Positions 30,277 to 44,900 of a stretch of DNA of 64,000 nucleotides are shown one piece after another; positions within the stretch are counted from its first letter, which is position 1, and every line of letters begins with the position of its first letter. The DNA comes from Schmidtea polychroa. Its lineage: Eukaryota. The stretch spans positions 13,580,001 through 13,644,000 of the forward strand of contig CM097885.1 in the NCBI GenBank assembly GCA_044892525.1, read 5' to 3'. A program made the position numbers and the translations under genes. The notes under the pieces were generated by a model. That model had not been told where the DNA came from and searched no databases. It saw nothing but the letters and a program-made list of their open reading frames with translations.

Positions 30277-31581
30277 GCAATCAAGCTTGGATGCAGGAAT
30301 GGTTAACGTCGCGTGCAATGTTATGCTCACGACGACTTTAATCACTCTTGCATAATCATAAATAAATATCAAAGACAAAAAATTTGGTTATGCATCTAAA
30401 ATATTGAATTTAAGAATCATACTAACAATAACAATAAATAAAAATATTGAATTGAAGAATCATAATAACAATAACATTACATCATAAACAATGATAATAA
30501 TGAAACTAATGATCAAATCCTACTTCCAATTACAAATTCTTCTGTGGACAGAGAAGAATAAAAATTTGGCACTGTTTGAATACCATTGGAAGCTTTTTTT
30601 TCCTTTTGTTTGATACATTTATAATTGTACACATTCATCTTAAAGACCTTATTTATACTAAATTGCGCACATGTTCAACCAATCAAATTTGCATAAACTA
30701 AAAAGTTCATTAAATTAAACTTATAAACAAAATAAAATTTTATCTAATTAAATAAAATTACATAAATAAAATGTTAAGAACAATAAATGATAATCTAAAA
30801 TAATTTATTATTATCACACCACCATCTATTTTTATTATTAAGATTTGTAGAATTATTATTTGTACTATTGTTTGTATAAGTTTTATTATTAACATGGTTC
30901 TTGGCCATAATTCTATTTAGCAACATATTTTTATTCAAAATAAACTGGTTTAGGTGTGCATAGTGTTCGGTGTAAAAAACTGAATTTTTTAATTTCTGGG
31001 CAGTTTCGCATTTAGCGCATATAAAAAAGCGGGTGCCGTAGAATTTACGACCATAGTACTTTTCCAATTATTTATGACATGCCAAGCTATGACCAATCGT
31101 CGACTGACAGTACTTCTTATACAGTTTGCTTGATAAAATATATATATATATAAATTATAGCATCATGTATCATCCATAATCATCTTAAATATTATCATTA
31201 TATTATTATTTAATTCATTTAAAAATTATTGATAAATGAATTAAATATTAAATTAAATTAAAAATTATTATTATTATTATTATTATTTACAAAAATATTA
31301 TTATTTAAATTAACATTCATGATTGCAGTTAGCAACCATGAATGCTAACAAAGACATCATGTGTTTAATGCGTGATCAGCGCATAAAGACAATGATTAAT
31401 GACAAAGACAGTGCATGATCAGTGCATGTCACATAAAGAAACATAATGAAATTAAAATTCCTATAGAAAAAAGATTTAAAATTATCTAAACCTAAAGGAT
31501 TGGCATTTAATTCCTCCCCAGATAAAAATTTATTTAATTTTAAGTATTTATTCTTTGATTCCTTAATTTTAGTTAAAGGAA

Positions 31582-32331
31582 TCAAATTTGGAAACTTATT
31601 ATAGAGCTGTTTTCGCTCTTTTTTTTAGTTAAAATACGAATATAAGTTTTAAAATCAAATATTTTATTACTTATTTTCGGTTTGGAAATAAAAACTTTAG
31701 GATTTACAGAACTTTTATTATTGTTTATTGAAATTTTAAAATTTTCGAAATTTTGACTATCGATATTAAAATCGTTATTAACATTAATATTGAGAATTTT
31801 ATCACAAGTCGAATTATTAACATTACAATTATCTATATTTACAATTTCATTAGCTTTAGAATTTTTATTTAAAGAAAATTTATCAAAATTATTTAAATTA
31901 TTAGAGAAATTTTCAAAATTTAAAGATAAACATTCTAACCGTTCGAACATCTTTGAAAATAAAATCTCCATTGAATCCAAACGTTTCTCGAAATTCTGAA
32001 ACTGATTTTCTGGCTTGTTTGGAAGGACATTGTTCATCGAATGATTCTCCATGGAAGTCATATTAATTCCAGCTTTGAATTGATCGAAAAAGTCCAAAAT
32101 AGCTTGAGTTGATTGCAATTGATATTGGAATAATTTCTGAAATTTCTTCATACCAATTGCATTATTACACAATACATCTGCAGTCATTAATTGAACTTCA
32201 GTGTGCATATCTTGTTGATGCATTGCGTCAGGCGATTGCGTCATCTTGTTCATTTGATATTCTTGATAGATTTCGTATGATTGCATTAGAAATTGCTTCC
32301 ATTGCGCCACTGAGACTCTAAAGAAATCCAC
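31582..32331 (-). pseudogene. Diverged ORF1 5' fragment fused to tRNA nt 1-19 (also 37981-38730)
   Basis: Same as 3535-4284. Confidence 0.85.
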
Positions 32332-35300
32332 TCACTTCACTTTATCTACATTGGCATTTAAAAAATTGTCAATTTGACTCTTGTCTAAATTCATATTTTC
32401 ATTAGCTTTATTATCTTTAAATTGAAGAGAATTTTTATTTAACGAAAATTTATCAAAATCTATATTAAAATCCTTATTAACATCAATATTTATATTTTTA
32501 TCAAAATATGAATTATTAATATTAGAATTATCTAAATTTGTAATTTCATTACTTTTTTTATCTTTAAATTGCAAAGAATTTTTATTTAAAGAAAATTTAT
32601 CAAAATTATTATAATTATAAGAGAAACTATCAAAATTCAAAGATAAAAATTCTAACCTTTCGAGCATCTTTGAAAACATTTTCTGAATTTTCTGAATTTC
32701 TTGTTTTCTCTTTGTGGTGGTAGAGAATGTCGTCTCTGGTTACCTACGTTTTACAGGATCCTTGGGTAATGTATCCGATGAAGTTTTCTTTTTAAATCAA
32801 AGAGACTAATGCTGGAGTCAGAGATCCTCCTGTTTTTTTCTTCGGTCAACTGGGTAATAAATAAGTGAAAATGCAAATAAGTGATTTTTTTGCAATAAAC
32901 AAATAGGATCCAATGTGAAATATTAATGTCAATGTCAGAATTGGTTATAGTTTAAGGAATTGAAACAATTTCTTCTGTAATATTCGAGGAAAGAATATTG
33001 ACTAGAAAGCATTTGAGGTATCCATGCATCGGATTGTCTATATGCCAGTCAATATCGCTGTCCGTAAACCACATTTCAAGATCACGATCATCAATTGTGA
33101 TGTTAGTAGCTTTTAATGTGGTCTCTGCATAGAATAATAAATAAATACAATAATAATAATAAATACAATAATAATAATAATAAATAAAATAAAACCGAGA
33201 GCAAAAAAAGGTTATCCAAACAATTTGAAAAATGAATTTTCAGTCGGTATTAATACTAATTTGTGATGTTCTCCCACGTGTTTATCATTGAGTTATTATC
33301 ATCATTAAAGTTAGATATTTTATTTTCATTTACAAAAATATTATTTAAATCTGATAAACTATGATAAAATTCAAAAAGAAACACTCTAAACTTTGTTCAA
33401 TTTTCACAATAGAATTCAAATGAGTCTAAACGTCGAAGGATTGAAGTATAAATACAATAATAATAATAATAAATAAAATAAAACCGAGAGCCAAAAAGGT
33501 TATCCAAACAATTTGAAAAATGAATTTTCAGTCGGTATTAATACTAATTTGTGATGTTCTCCCACGTGTTTATCATTGAGTTATTATCATCATTAAAGTT
33601 AGATATTTTATTTTCATTTACAAAAATATTATTTAAATCTGACAAACTATGATAAAATTCAAAAAGAAACACTCTAAACTTTGTTCAATTTTCACAATAG
33701 AATTCAAATGAGTCTAAACGTCGTAGGATTGAAGTATAACCTTAGAAACACCAATTTTCAGTCGTTATTTATACTGATTTGTGATGTCCTCCCACGTATT
33801 TGCTGCCATTCTGTGAAATCAGAGAGAAAATTCAGAGCTGCAGCGCACACTTACTCTAGTGCTGCACGATTAGTTTAATTTAGTGAATCACATATGGGCT
33901 CATCTTTTATTGGACATTTTCTTTTTTTCTTGTAATGTAATAGAAATTGATTTAAATTAATTTCCGTCGAATCCAGAATTCCATTGTTTCTTGTTTCTTG
34001 TGCCCAGAACACCAAGTCATAAAGATAGTCTGGGTACAGTTGTACCATCTTATTAATGAGAGCTTGGTACATTCTTTCTAAAATAAATTTCAAATTAAAA
34101 ATGAAACTTACTATCAATTGATTGTGATAAATTCATCCATTTGTTTGTTTATTTATTTACTTATACATTAACTTTTTTTATTTTCCGAGGACGAAAAAAA
34201 CAGGGGTCCGTTCACATAATTTATTTAATCCAATTGATTGAGCTCACCCTCATCCTCCGATTCCTCCGACACTCCTACCTTCATCCGAAACATTATAAAA
34301 TCCGCTTCATGTTGAAATAGTAAAATCTCCATGCGATCCAACCGCTTTCTCAGATGGAAGTTTTCTTCCTCGAAATCCGTTATCCTACCATGCATACTTC
34401 GAAACTTCCGCTTCAATTCTTGTTTATTCGTTTTGCATTCTTTACATGACATTTCCGAGGCTTCTTGCATTTTCTGAAATTAAATGATCAAGCATCAACA
34501 CCTTGCCTTGAATCCTATCAAACAAATCGCACAGCTCATACTATGATACTTATAAAACATGAACTTTGTCTATATAATGCAATATATTTATACATTATTT
34601 ATAGCATGCAGATCACAAATTTATAGTCTTTCGATGGTGTAAGCTAATTCTTGTTTATTTCTTGAGATTCTCCAATTTCCGCAGCATACACATTGTGAAT
34701 CACATATGGGCTCATCTTTTATTGGACATTTTTTCTTGTAATGTAATAGAAATTGATTTAAATTAATTCACGTCGCATCCAGAATTCTATTGTTTATTGT
34801 TTCTTGTGCCCAGAACACCAAGTCATAAAGATAGTCTGGGTACAGTTGTACCATCTTATTAATTAGAGCTTGGTACATTCTTTTTGACATAACATTTGAT
34901 AATGAAATAAATAAATAATGTACTTGTATTTGATGGAAGCTTCAATTTTATTGGCATTTAAAAATTGTCAATCTAAACTAATTTTGCTAAATCTTTTCCC
35001 TCCTCGTTTATCTATGGGTTCTCCTTTGAGTCTGGGACATTTCTCGTTTAAATTTCGCTAATGTTGTGTTGAGTGTCCAGATTATGTATGTGATTAAAAA
35101 AATCAGATTAATTAAAATTTACCTACTTTCCCGACTACAGTGAGTATGGTACGATATGCTCGCTTGTGATTTGAAGCCACATAAATATCCCATAATTGAT
35201 TCGTCCGCATAGCCCCTGTAACTATGCCGACTACCGAGATGGATTTACGTGCCCTACTCCTGGTTGAACACCATTTGTTCGTGGTGACCTCTGGTAGTTA

Positions 35301-38300
35301 ATATCATTTTACTGCATGTAGGATCGTAAAACCCTAATCATTGTGAGATGTGCAATCAAGCTTGGATGCAGGAATGGTTAACGTCACGTGCAATGTTATG
35401 CTCACGACGACTTTAATCACTCTTTAATCACTTATTATTATTATTATTATTATTATTATTTACAAAAATATTATTTAAATTAACATTCATGATTGCAGTT
35501 AGCAACCATGAATGCTAACAAAGACATCATGTGTTTAATGCGTGATCAGCGCATAAAGACAATGATTAATGACAAAGACAGTGCATGATCAGTGCATGTC
35601 ACATAAAGAAACATAATGAAATTAAAATTCCTATAGAAAAAAGATTTAAAATTATCTAAACCTAAAGGATTGGCATTTAATTCCTCCCCAGATAAAAATT
35701 TATTTAATTTTAAGTATTTATTCTTTGATTCCTTAATTTTAGTTAAAGGAATCAAATTTGGAAACTTATTATAGAGCTGTTTTCGCTCTTTTTTTAGTTA
35801 AAATACGAATATAAGTTTTAAAATCAAATATTTTATTACTTATTTTCGGTTTGGAAATAAAAACTTTAGGATTTAAAGAACTTTTATTATCGTCTATGCT
35901 CTCCTCAGGTCTCCCCGATTCCCGCAATGACTCCACCAATGCGATGAACGCTGCCTTCTTTAGCTGTCCCCTAATGGACTCGGCTGTTCGACCCTGACCG
36001 TGAACTTGTGACAATACCTTCGGATCCCGACCATTCACCACTACTTCCCTCACTAGGATCTGAATTTCTTCCTCTAGCCACCTTCTCGTCACCACCCTTT
36101 CACCCCGCTCTTTCTCCAAAAGAGCATCTGTCTTCTCCCTGTGGGCACTCCTCTGGTGCACGCCTCTGCCAATTTTTGTAGCGAAATCCTTCTCACAAAA
36201 ATTGCATTTGAACTTCTCAACTTCGGCCGTGAAATCCCGGACCGCACCATTCACCGATAAATTATTATTTATTGTGTTGATTTCCATGGTGTATTTAGGC
36301 GACGACGGTTTTGTGGACCGAAGTGCCCGTTGATAGCTTCCCAGAAGCACTTGCCGAGGTGAGACATTCCTCTGCTTAACTTTGTTATCGATCTGTCCCT
36401 GACCGCTCCAGATAGGAGTTGCCTCCTTTTGGCTCTATAGGTTACCCTACAGTTTCCCTAAGCTTCCAGCCGTTCGAAAAGAATACATTTGGTTGTCACT
36501 CTTGGAGGAGTGGGTAACAGGAGTAACCACGAGAAGGTAGTATTTCTTTTCTTTCACCTCGCGCAGAAGAGATCTTCTGCCAGGGACGCTAGCCTGCTGC
36601 ACCTTGGCCATCCTTCACAGGACGGACTGATCAAGGGCATTGGAACCAGATTACCATGACCACGATTAAGAGAGTGCAATCAAGCTTGGATGCAGGAATG
36701 GTTAACGTCGCGTGCAATGTTATGCTCACGACGACTTTAATCACTCTTGCATAATCATAAATAAATATCAAAGACAAAAAATTTGGTTATGCATCTAAAA
36801 TATTGAATTTAAGAATCATACTAACAATAACAATAAATAAAAATATTGAATTGAAGAATCATAATAACAATAACATTACATCATAAACAATGATAATAAT
36901 GAAACTAATGATCAAATCCTACTTCCAATTACAAATTCTTCTGTGGACAGAGAAGAATAAAAATTTGGCACTGTTTGAATACCATTGGAAGCTTTTTTTT
37001 CCTTTTGTTTGATACATTTATAATTGTACACATTCATCTTAAAGACCTTATTTATACTAAATTGCGCACATGTTCAACCAATCAAATTTGCATAAACTAA
37101 AAAGTTCATTAAATTAAACTTATAAACAAAATAAAATTTTATCTAATTAAATAAAATTACATAAATAAAATGTTAAGAACAATAAATGATAATCTAAAAT
37201 AATTTATTATTATCACACCACCATCTATTTTTATTATTAAGATTTGTAGAATTATTATTTGTACTATTGTTTGTATAAGTTTTATTATTAACATGGTTCT
37301 TGGCCATAATTCTATTTAGCAACATATTTTTATTCAAAATAAACTGGTTTAGGTGTGCATAGTGTTCGGTGTAAAAAACTGAATTTTTTAATTTCTGGGC
37401 AGTTTCGCATTTAGCGCATATAAAAAAGCGGGTGCCGTAGAATTTACGACCATAGTACTTTTCCAATTATTTATGACATGCCAAGCTATGACCAATCGTC
37501 GACTGACAGTACTTCTTATACAGTTTGCTTGATAAAATATATATATATATAAATTATAGCATCATGTATCATCCATAATCATCTTAAATATTATCATTAT
37601 ATTATTATTTAATTCATTTAAAAATTATTGATAAATGAATTAAATATTAAATTAAATTAAAAATTATTATTATTATTATTATTATTTACAAAAATATTAT
37701 TATTTAAATTAACATTCATGATTGCAGTTAGCAACCATGAATGCTAACAAAGACATCATGTGTTTAATGCGTGATCAGCGCATAAAGACAATGATTAATG
37801 ACAAAGACAGTGCATGATCAGTGCATGTCACATAAAGAAACATAATGAAATTAAAATTCCTATAGAAAAAAGATTTAAAATTATCTAAACCTAAAGGATT
37901 GGCATTTAATTCCTCCCCAGATAAAAATTTATTTAATTTTAAGTATTTATTCTTTGATTCCTTAATTTTAGTTAAAGGAATCAAATTTGGAAACTTATTA
38001 TAGAGCTGTTTTCGCTCTTTTTTTTAGTTAAAATACGAATATAAGTTTTAAAATCAAATATTTTATAACTTATTTTCGGTTTGGAAATAAAAACTTTAGG
38101 ATTTACAGAACTTTTATTATTGTTTATTGAAATTTTAAAATTTTCGAAATTTTGACTATCGATATTAAAATCGTTATTAACATTAATATTGAGAATTTTA
38201 TCACAAGTCGAATTATTAACATTACAATTATCTATATTTACAATTTCATTAGCTTTAGAATTTTTATTTAAAGAAAATTTATCAAAATTATTTAAATTAT

Positions 38301-38696
38301 TAGAGAAATTTTCAAAATTTAAAGATAAACATTCTAACCGTTCGAACATCTTTGAAAATAAAATCTCCATTGAATCCAAACGTTTCTCGAAATTCTGAAA
38401 CTGATTTTCTGGCTTGTTTGGAAGGACATTGTTCATCGAATGATTCTCCATGGAAGTCATATTAATTCCAGCTTTGAATTGATCGAAAAAGTCCAAAATA
38501 GCTTGAGTTGATTGCAATTGATATTGGAATAATTTCTGAAATTTCTTCATACCAATTGCATTATTACACAATACATCTGCAGTCATTAATTGAACTTCAG
38601 TGTGCATATCTTGTTGATGCATTGCGTCAGGCGATGGCGTCATCTTGTTCATTTGATATTCTTGATAGATTTCATATGATTGCTTTAGAAATTGCT
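32298..38696. repeat. 6399-bp mosaic cassette, tandem copy 2
   Basis: Near-identical to 25899-32297 with a few substitutions. Confidence 0.95.
35891..36675 (-). mobile_element. Second copy of the R2-type 5' fragment
   Basis: Same sequence at +6399; ORF 35769-36350. Confidence 0.85.
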
Positions 38697-41644
38697 TCCA
38701 TTGCGCCACTGAGACTCTAAAGAAATCCACTCACTTCACTTTATCTACATTGGCATTTAAAAAATTGTCAATTTGACTCTTGTCAAGTCAAAACAAATTT
38801 CTCATGCTTTTGATATTCTTGATAGATTTCGTATGATTGCATTAGAAATTGCTTTGACGATTTTTCGTTGTTGAAAACAAAATTTTGTCAAAGACAATTC
38901 TGTAAAAATGCATCTCAGGTGGGACTCGAACCCACAACCTCCGGATTAGAAGTCCGACGCGCTATCCATTGCGCCACTGAGACTCTAAAGAAATCCACTC
39001 ACTTCACTTTATCTACATTGGCATTTAAAAAATTGTCAATTTGACTCTTGTCAAGTCAAAACAAATTTCTCATGCTTTTGATATTCTTGATAGATTTCGT
39101 ATGATTGCATTAGAAATTGCTTTGACGATTTTTCGTTGTTGAAAACAAAATTTTGTCAAAGACAATTCTGTAAAAATGCATCTCAGGTGGGACTCGAACC
39201 CACAACCTGCGGATTAGAAGTCCGACGCGCTATCCATTGCGCCACTGAGACTCTAAAGAAATCCACTCACTTCACTTTATCTACATTGGCATTTAAAAAA
39301 TTGTCAATTTGACTCTTGTCAAGTCAAAACAAATTTCTCATGCTTTTGATATTCTTGATAGATTTCGTATGATTGCATTAGAAATTGCTTTGACGATTTT
39401 TCGTTGTTGAAAACAAAATTTTGTCAAAGACAATTCTGTAAAAATGCATCTCAGGTGGGACTCGAAACCACAACCTCCGGATTAGAAGTCCGACGCGCTA
39501 TCCATTGCGCCACTGAGACTCTAAAGAAATCCACTCACTTCACTTTATCTACATTGGCATTTAAAAAATTGTCAATTTGACTCTTGTCAAGTCAAAACAA
39601 ATTTCTCATGCTTTTGATATTCTTGATAGATTTCGTATGATTGCATTAGAAATTGCTTTGACGATTTTTCGTTGTTGAAAACAAAATTTTGTCAAAGACA
39701 ATTCTGTAAAAATGCATCTCAGGTGGGACTCGAACCCACAACCTCCGGATTAGAAGTCCGACGCGCTATCCATTGCGCCACTGAGACTCTAAAGAAATCC
39801 ACTCACTTCACTTTATCTACATTGGCATTTAAAAAATTGTCAATTTGACTCTTGTCAAGTCAAAACAAATTTCTCATGCTTTTGATATTCTTGATAGATT
39901 TCGTATGATTGCATTAGAAATTGCTTTGACGATTTTTCGTTGTTGAAAACAAAATTTTGTCAAAGACAATTCTGTAAAAATGCATCTCAGGTGGGACTCG
40001 AACCCACAACCTCCGGATTAGAAGTCCGACGCGCTATCCATTGCGCCACTGAGACTCTAAAGAAATCCACTCACTTCACTTTATCTACATTGGCATTTAA
40101 AAAATTGTCAATTTGACTCTTGTCAAGTCAAAACAAATTTCTCATGCTTTTGATATTCTTGATAGATTTCGTATGATTGCATTAGAAATTGCTTTGACGA
40201 TTTTTCGTTGTTGAAAACAAAATTTTGTCAAAGACAATTCTGTAAAAATGCATCTCAGGTGGGACTCGAACCCACAACCTCCGGATTAGAAGTCCGACGC
40301 GCTATCCATTGCGCCACTGAGACTCTAAAGAAATCCACTCACTTCACTTTATCTACATTGGCATTTAAAAAATTGTCAATTTGACTCTTGTCAAGTCAAA
40401 ACAAATTTCTCATGCTTTTGATATTCTTGATAGATTTCGTATGATTGCATTAGAAATTGCTTTGACGATTTTTCGTTGTTGAAAACAAAATTTTGTCAAA
40501 GACAATTCTGTAAAAATGCATCTCAGGTGGGACTCGAAACCACAACCTCCGGATTAGAAGTCCGACGCGCTATCCATTGCGCCACTGAGACTCTAAAGAA
40601 ATCCACTCACTTCACTTTATCTACATTGGCATTTAAAAAATTGTCAATTTGACTCTTGTCAAGTCAAAACAAATTTCTCATGCTTTTGATATTCTTGATA
40701 GATTTCGTATGATTGCATTAGAAATTGCTTTGACGATTTTTCGTTGTTGAAAACAAAATTTTGTCAAAGACAATTCTGTAAAAATGCATCTCAGGTGGGA
40801 CTCGAACCCACAACCTCCGGATTAGAAGTCCGACGCGCTATCCATTGCGCCACTGAGACTCTAAAGAAATCCACTCACTTCACTTTATCTACATTGGCAT
40901 TTAAAAAATTGTCAATTTGACTCTTGTCAAGTCAAAACAAATTTCTCATGCTTTTGATATTCTTGATAGATTTCGTATGATTGCATTAGAAATTGCTTTG
41001 ACGATTTTTCGTTGTTGAAAACAAAATTTTGTCAAAGACAATTCTGTAAAAATGCATCTCAGGTGGGACTCGAAACCACAACCTCCGGATTAGAAGTCCG
41101 ACGCGCTATCCATTGCGCCACTGAGACTCTAAAGAAATCCACTCACTTCACTTTATCTACATTGGCATTTAAAAAATTGTCAATTTGACTCTTGTCAAGT
41201 CAAAACAAATTTCTCATGCTTTTGATATTCTTGATAGATTTCGTATGATTGCATTAGAAATTGCTTTGACGATTTTTCGTTGTTGAAAACAAAATTTTGT
41301 CAAAGACAATTCTGTAAAAATGCATCTCAGGTGGGACTCGAACCCACAACCTCCGGATTAGAAGTCCGACGCGCTATCCATTGCGCCACTGAGACTCTAA
41401 AGAAATCCACTCACTTCACTTTATCTACATTGGCATTTAAAAAATTGTCAATTTGACTCTTGTCAAGTCAAAACAAATTTCTCATGCTTTTGATATTCTT
41501 GATAGATTTCGTATGATTGCATTAGAAATTGCTTTGACGATTTTTCGTTGTTGAAAACAAAATTTTGTCAAAGACAATTCTGTAAAAATGCATCTCAGGT
41601 GGGACTCGAACCCACAACCTCCGGATTAGAAGTCCGACGCGCTA
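38697..41644 (-). tRNA. trnR-UCU: tRNA-Arg(UCU) tandem array block E: 10 complete genes (4 with point variants) plus interrupted ends
   Basis: Complete genes from 38911 every 268 bp. Fragment nt 20-73 at 41591-41644. Confidence 0.96.
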
Positions 41645-41991
41645 ATAAAACATTTATTAAATATAACAAATTTGAATATTGTTTTTAACAGATAATCAGC
41701 TCTACATGGAGTTGTCCATAAGCAAATATTCACATATTTCTTCATCTGCTGGAATCTCTGATCAATTTCATCGGAATTTATTATCCGGCATTGCGACTTG
41801 TCTTTGGTAGATTGAAGTTCTAAATTAATAAATTTGCTCTGTCGCAGAATATTTATCTCCAAAAAATGAAAGTTTCTCTAATAATTAGTTTATTTTTTTA
41901 ATGAAATATAAATTTAGTTTGTTTAAATAATCAAATTAATAAAAGTTTTAAATTTAATTATTTATTTAAGTTGAAAACCAATTTATTTTAA

Positions 41992-44900
41992 TTATGCAAA
42001 ATTTGGAAGCTTTCCATTACAATGAAAATACCAAATCTTTGCCGAGTGTGCAATGTTACTTATTGCGCATTCCTTCATCAAACCTTTGATTTTTGTTTGT
42101 GGAATTCCCATTTTTAATAAAAGATCAGAAGTTTTTGGTTCAATTGACCCCAAGGAACCCATGATGCATGTAAACAATTCAACCTTGTAATCAGGTTTAA
42201 CTGTTTGTATATCTGATTTTAATTTATCATATTTTTCTAAATTTAATTTGTCGACTCGCTCAAAATTAATTACAGAATCAATTGGACATTTCATGTCTAC
42301 TAGCAGAATCGTCTTTTTCTCGGTATTTGTTATTAAAAGATCAACCCGTTCGTTGGAATTTGGTACAAGAGAACATTTGTGATCAGTGACAACCAAGAGT
42401 TCAGGATTTTTAAGCGCATCTTTAATTTTTTCTAAGCAAGCATTATGTCGATTAGTTGCTAATGATTGATTGATTCTACAAGTTTGGAGTACATGTAAAA
42501 TTGTCTCATCTTCAGATTTACATCTACGACAAAGGCGGTCTTCGCCAGTTTTATGTGGCTTAGCAAATGTAGAGAGTGTATTTGTTCGAGCTCGATGAAT
42601 GAAATTCCATTCAAAGTCTGTCAAGTCACTACGGAAAATTAGTTTGTTGACAAATGGACAAAGTTTGAGAGCAGACACAATTAGATTACTTTGATTACTT
42701 TTCTCCCACTTTTCGAGATACGAATCTTGAAGAGCAGAATGGAGAATCTTTGATAATGCTTTTCTTAATTTTGGTAATAATATGCGAGTGCCAGTTAATG
42801 AAGTAGTGAGTCGAATCGAAGGATTTTGTTTGAAAGTTTCGAACGAAATTTTAATGTTGTGAACTCGATTGAAATATGCAATTGATGCACGCAATCGGTA
42901 GAAGCGAGTTTTACTACCACCATGATTTAATTTGCTTTCTTTTCCATTAACCCATTCCAAGCTTTGACTGAGAGTTGGTTCTTTGATTCCGAGTCTTGGA
43001 CTTGTCACAGACAAGAGTGAAAAAGTGTTTATCTTTTTTGAGTAGTCGCAAGTTGATGTTAGTAAACGGAAAAAGTAAACAATCGACTGTGTGTGATACT
43101 CATCAAGAAGGTCAATACAGCCAGCTCCACCATTTTCAGTGGCATTATAGAAATAACTTATTTCAGAGTGGTTTGGTAAATTTAATATTTTCCTCAAATG
43201 GCTCCTCAATTGGCTAGTACTATTTACATTTATCCTTGAGTTACTACTAGGAGCTGTTAATGAACTAGTTTTAATTTCCCTAGTTCTAAATGGGAAAATA
43301 AGGCGCGAATGCAGGAAGATTTTATAAGCTTTGAGCTTTTGCCAACCATAAAGATCAGAGTTTGCAATCTTTTTAGTATCTTCAATGACTTGGCTGACGA
43401 TTTCATAGGGACTTTGATCGTTATTATCACCTATTGGCACTCCCAAATATTGGTAAAATTCATTACCAGCAAGTTTTTTAATTAAATCATTGTTGACAAC
43501 GATTTCACTGACCGTTTCTAGTTTTGGGTATTGTATATATGCACATTTTTCAGGGCGATATTCAAATCCAATATTATTGGCAGTTTTTACAGCTACATCA
43601 ATTAGCTTTTGGAGGTCAGTTGAGCTAGTTGCAATAAGTGCAATGTCATCAGCATAAGCTAACACTTGTACTTGAGAAGAGCCTATCATAAAAGGTGTAA
43701 TGTTAGATGCGGTAATAGCTTCAAGAACCGGATTAATAGCTATTGCAAACAGAATCATAGAGATCGGGCAACCTTGTTTTACACCTTTCTTAATTGGAAT
43801 ATTCGGTGTCTGCATTTTGTTGCAGCGATAAAACGAGCTCGTATCTGTATAAAGTAATTTCAGGATATTCACAAAGTTTTCACCAACGTTCATATGTCTT
43901 AACAATGTCCACATGTATTCGTGTGGAACACTTCCGAAAGCGTCTTTGATGTCAAGCCAGGCTATTGCTAAAGGTGAAGATTTACTATATTTTGAATGCT
44001 CGACAATCGCAGAGAGAATTGAGTTGTGTTCAATACATCCTTCGTATTCTGAGCCACCCTTTTGGCCAATATGCAGCAGATTATTTTCTTTAATCCATAA
44101 ACTAAGACGAGTTGCAAGAACTGAAGCGAAAACTTTGTAAATCACTGACAGTAATGCGATTGGTCGCCATGAAGATACTTTATGGTATTGGTCATTTTTA
44201 TCAGGTTTCGGAATTAATATTGTTTTAAAAGTTTTCCAACTTGTAGGGATAGATTTCAGTTGAATGATTTTGTTGAAAAGTAACGCTAGAAGCTTACAAT
44301 CTGGATCGAGTAACAGAAGATCTTTATAATATACATTATCAAGTCCCGGCGTAGAATTATCAGCTTCCTGAAGATTGGAAAGAATTTCCATTGGCGTAGT
44401 AATTTCTAATTCAAGTAAGCTTTTCGAGATTTTACTAAAGTTTAAAACGTTGTTCCAACTTCCAGGTAAAGTATCTTGATGAGTGAAAGTGTTTATAATT
44501 TCCTGAAATGGTGGTTCAGCTTTTTCGCTCTGATTACCTAAAATTCTGTTTACAGTTTTTTTCATATTTTTCAGAAATTCAGTAGAATTGTTGAATTTTT
44601 TAGGTTTATTGTGATTTTTCCCAAGATATGGCTCTCGAAATTCTTGATCCTGCAAATTTTCTAGATGAGGAATATTTGCCAGAATAGTAGAAATAATTTC
44701 ATCAACATTAGAGTTAGACAATGTAGTTAAAAGCTCATCAATTCTATCTTTGCGTTGCTTCAAAGTTAGTTTCAAAGAATTAGCAATTTTCAATTTTCCA
44801 CGTCTCTCAATTTTGACAATGTCATTATTATCAACCATTGGAACTAGAGAGTTGATTATTTCAGAAATTTCAGTCAAGTTAATATTTTCAAGAGATTTAT

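Larger units (their letters stand above)
25899..32297. repeat. 6399-bp mosaic cassette, tandem copy 1
   Basis: Every ORF recurs at +6399 (25933/32332, 27826/34225, 29370/35769, 31582/37981). Confidence 0.95.

Noticed and set aside
30795..31067. 90-aa ORF with a CxxC…H…H pattern as a zinc-finger gene
   Set aside because: Atypical spacing, non-ATG start and low-complexity tail; insufficient support.
41626..41862. 78-aa ORF spanning the 3' UTR of copy 4
   Set aside because: Non-ATG start, absent from the ORF track for copies 2 and 3, and it ends inside the tRNA.
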